Positions 63,601 to 64,000 of a stretch of DNA of 64,000 nucleotides are shown piece by piece. The notes beneath the pieces were generated by a model that saw only the letters and a program-made list of their open reading frames with translations, had not been told where the DNA came from and searched no databases. Both the position numbers and the translations under genes were made by a program. Location of the stretch: contig OZ193910.1 in assembly GCA_964276515.1 (NCBI GenBank), positions 7,564,001 to 7,628,000 on the forward strand, given 5' to 3'. This stretch comes from Gordius albopunctatus. Taxonomy: Eukaryota. The first letter of the stretch is position 1, and each line of letters begins with the position of its first letter.

Positions 63601-64000
63601 GAAAAAATCTTTAAAAGTTAGTAAATATTCTTAGAATTTTGTCCTTGTTAGAATATTGATAGAAATTTAGGCGTGGGGGGATGTTTTAGATTGAGAGAAA
63701 TTAAAATTTAGGTGTTGCGTTTATATTGTTTCAATATCGCTTTATAAGCGTGTCTCTAGTTTTAGTGAAACAAGCTCTATGCGATCGTGATTTACAGTTA
63801 ATAATTTTTGATGACTGATCAAAAAAATGTTTTTCAAGGAATTCACCTCTTATACCGAAAACTTTCATGAGAACTATATGGTTGAACAAAAAAATTAAAA
63901 CAATTTTGAGGTCGAAAAAAATATTATTTTTCATATTCTTTCGAAAGGGAGATGAAAAAATCTTTAAAAGTTAGTAAATATTCTTAGCATTTTGTCCTTT
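48621..64000. repeat. Tandem satellite array, ~353-bp monomer (right block)
   Basis: Continues in register after the TSD to the window end; same variant set as the middle block. Confidence 0.99.

Noticed and set aside
877..63934. About 120 near-identical 62-77 aa minus-strand ORFs as a tandem gene family
   Set aside because: They are translations of the satellite monomer; single-base A-tract changes break them freely, many start at TTG rather than ATG, and they are mostly absent from subfamily B.
1..64000. CRISPR array or rDNA/tRNA/snRNA tandem cluster
   Set aside because: No unique spacers, no cas genes and no recognisable RNA gene or Pol III boxes in the monomer by eye; an Rfam scan would settle it.

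Overview
Eukaryotic, very AT-rich heterochromatin-type (possibly centromeric) window. About 56 kb is one ~353-bp satellite in a single orientation (1-21636, 23529-42547, 48621-64000), organised into subfamily domains and local higher-order repeats; the ~120 short 62-77 aa ORFs are translations of this monomer, not genes. Two non-satellite inserts interrupt it. (1) Beside a 200-N scaffold gap is a 1.7-kb unique segment (21837-23528) with a minus-strand ORF resembling the N-terminus of a CRE-type non-LTR retrotransposon. (2) A young 6073-bp Ty3/Gypsy (Mag-like) LTR retrotransposon (42548-48620) has 659-bp LTRs, an ATATT target-site duplication and a tRNA-Leu-like PBS. Its coding layout is the most unusual thing here: ORF1, pol and an extra ORF3 share one reading frame, separated only by single TGA codons, the first in the known leaky UGA-CUAG context. 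ORF1 has no visible capsid domain (hydrophobic stretch plus CCHC knuckle), and ORF3 is a basic zinc-knuckle protein directly behind a candidate splice acceptor. All calls are by eye; no searches were run.
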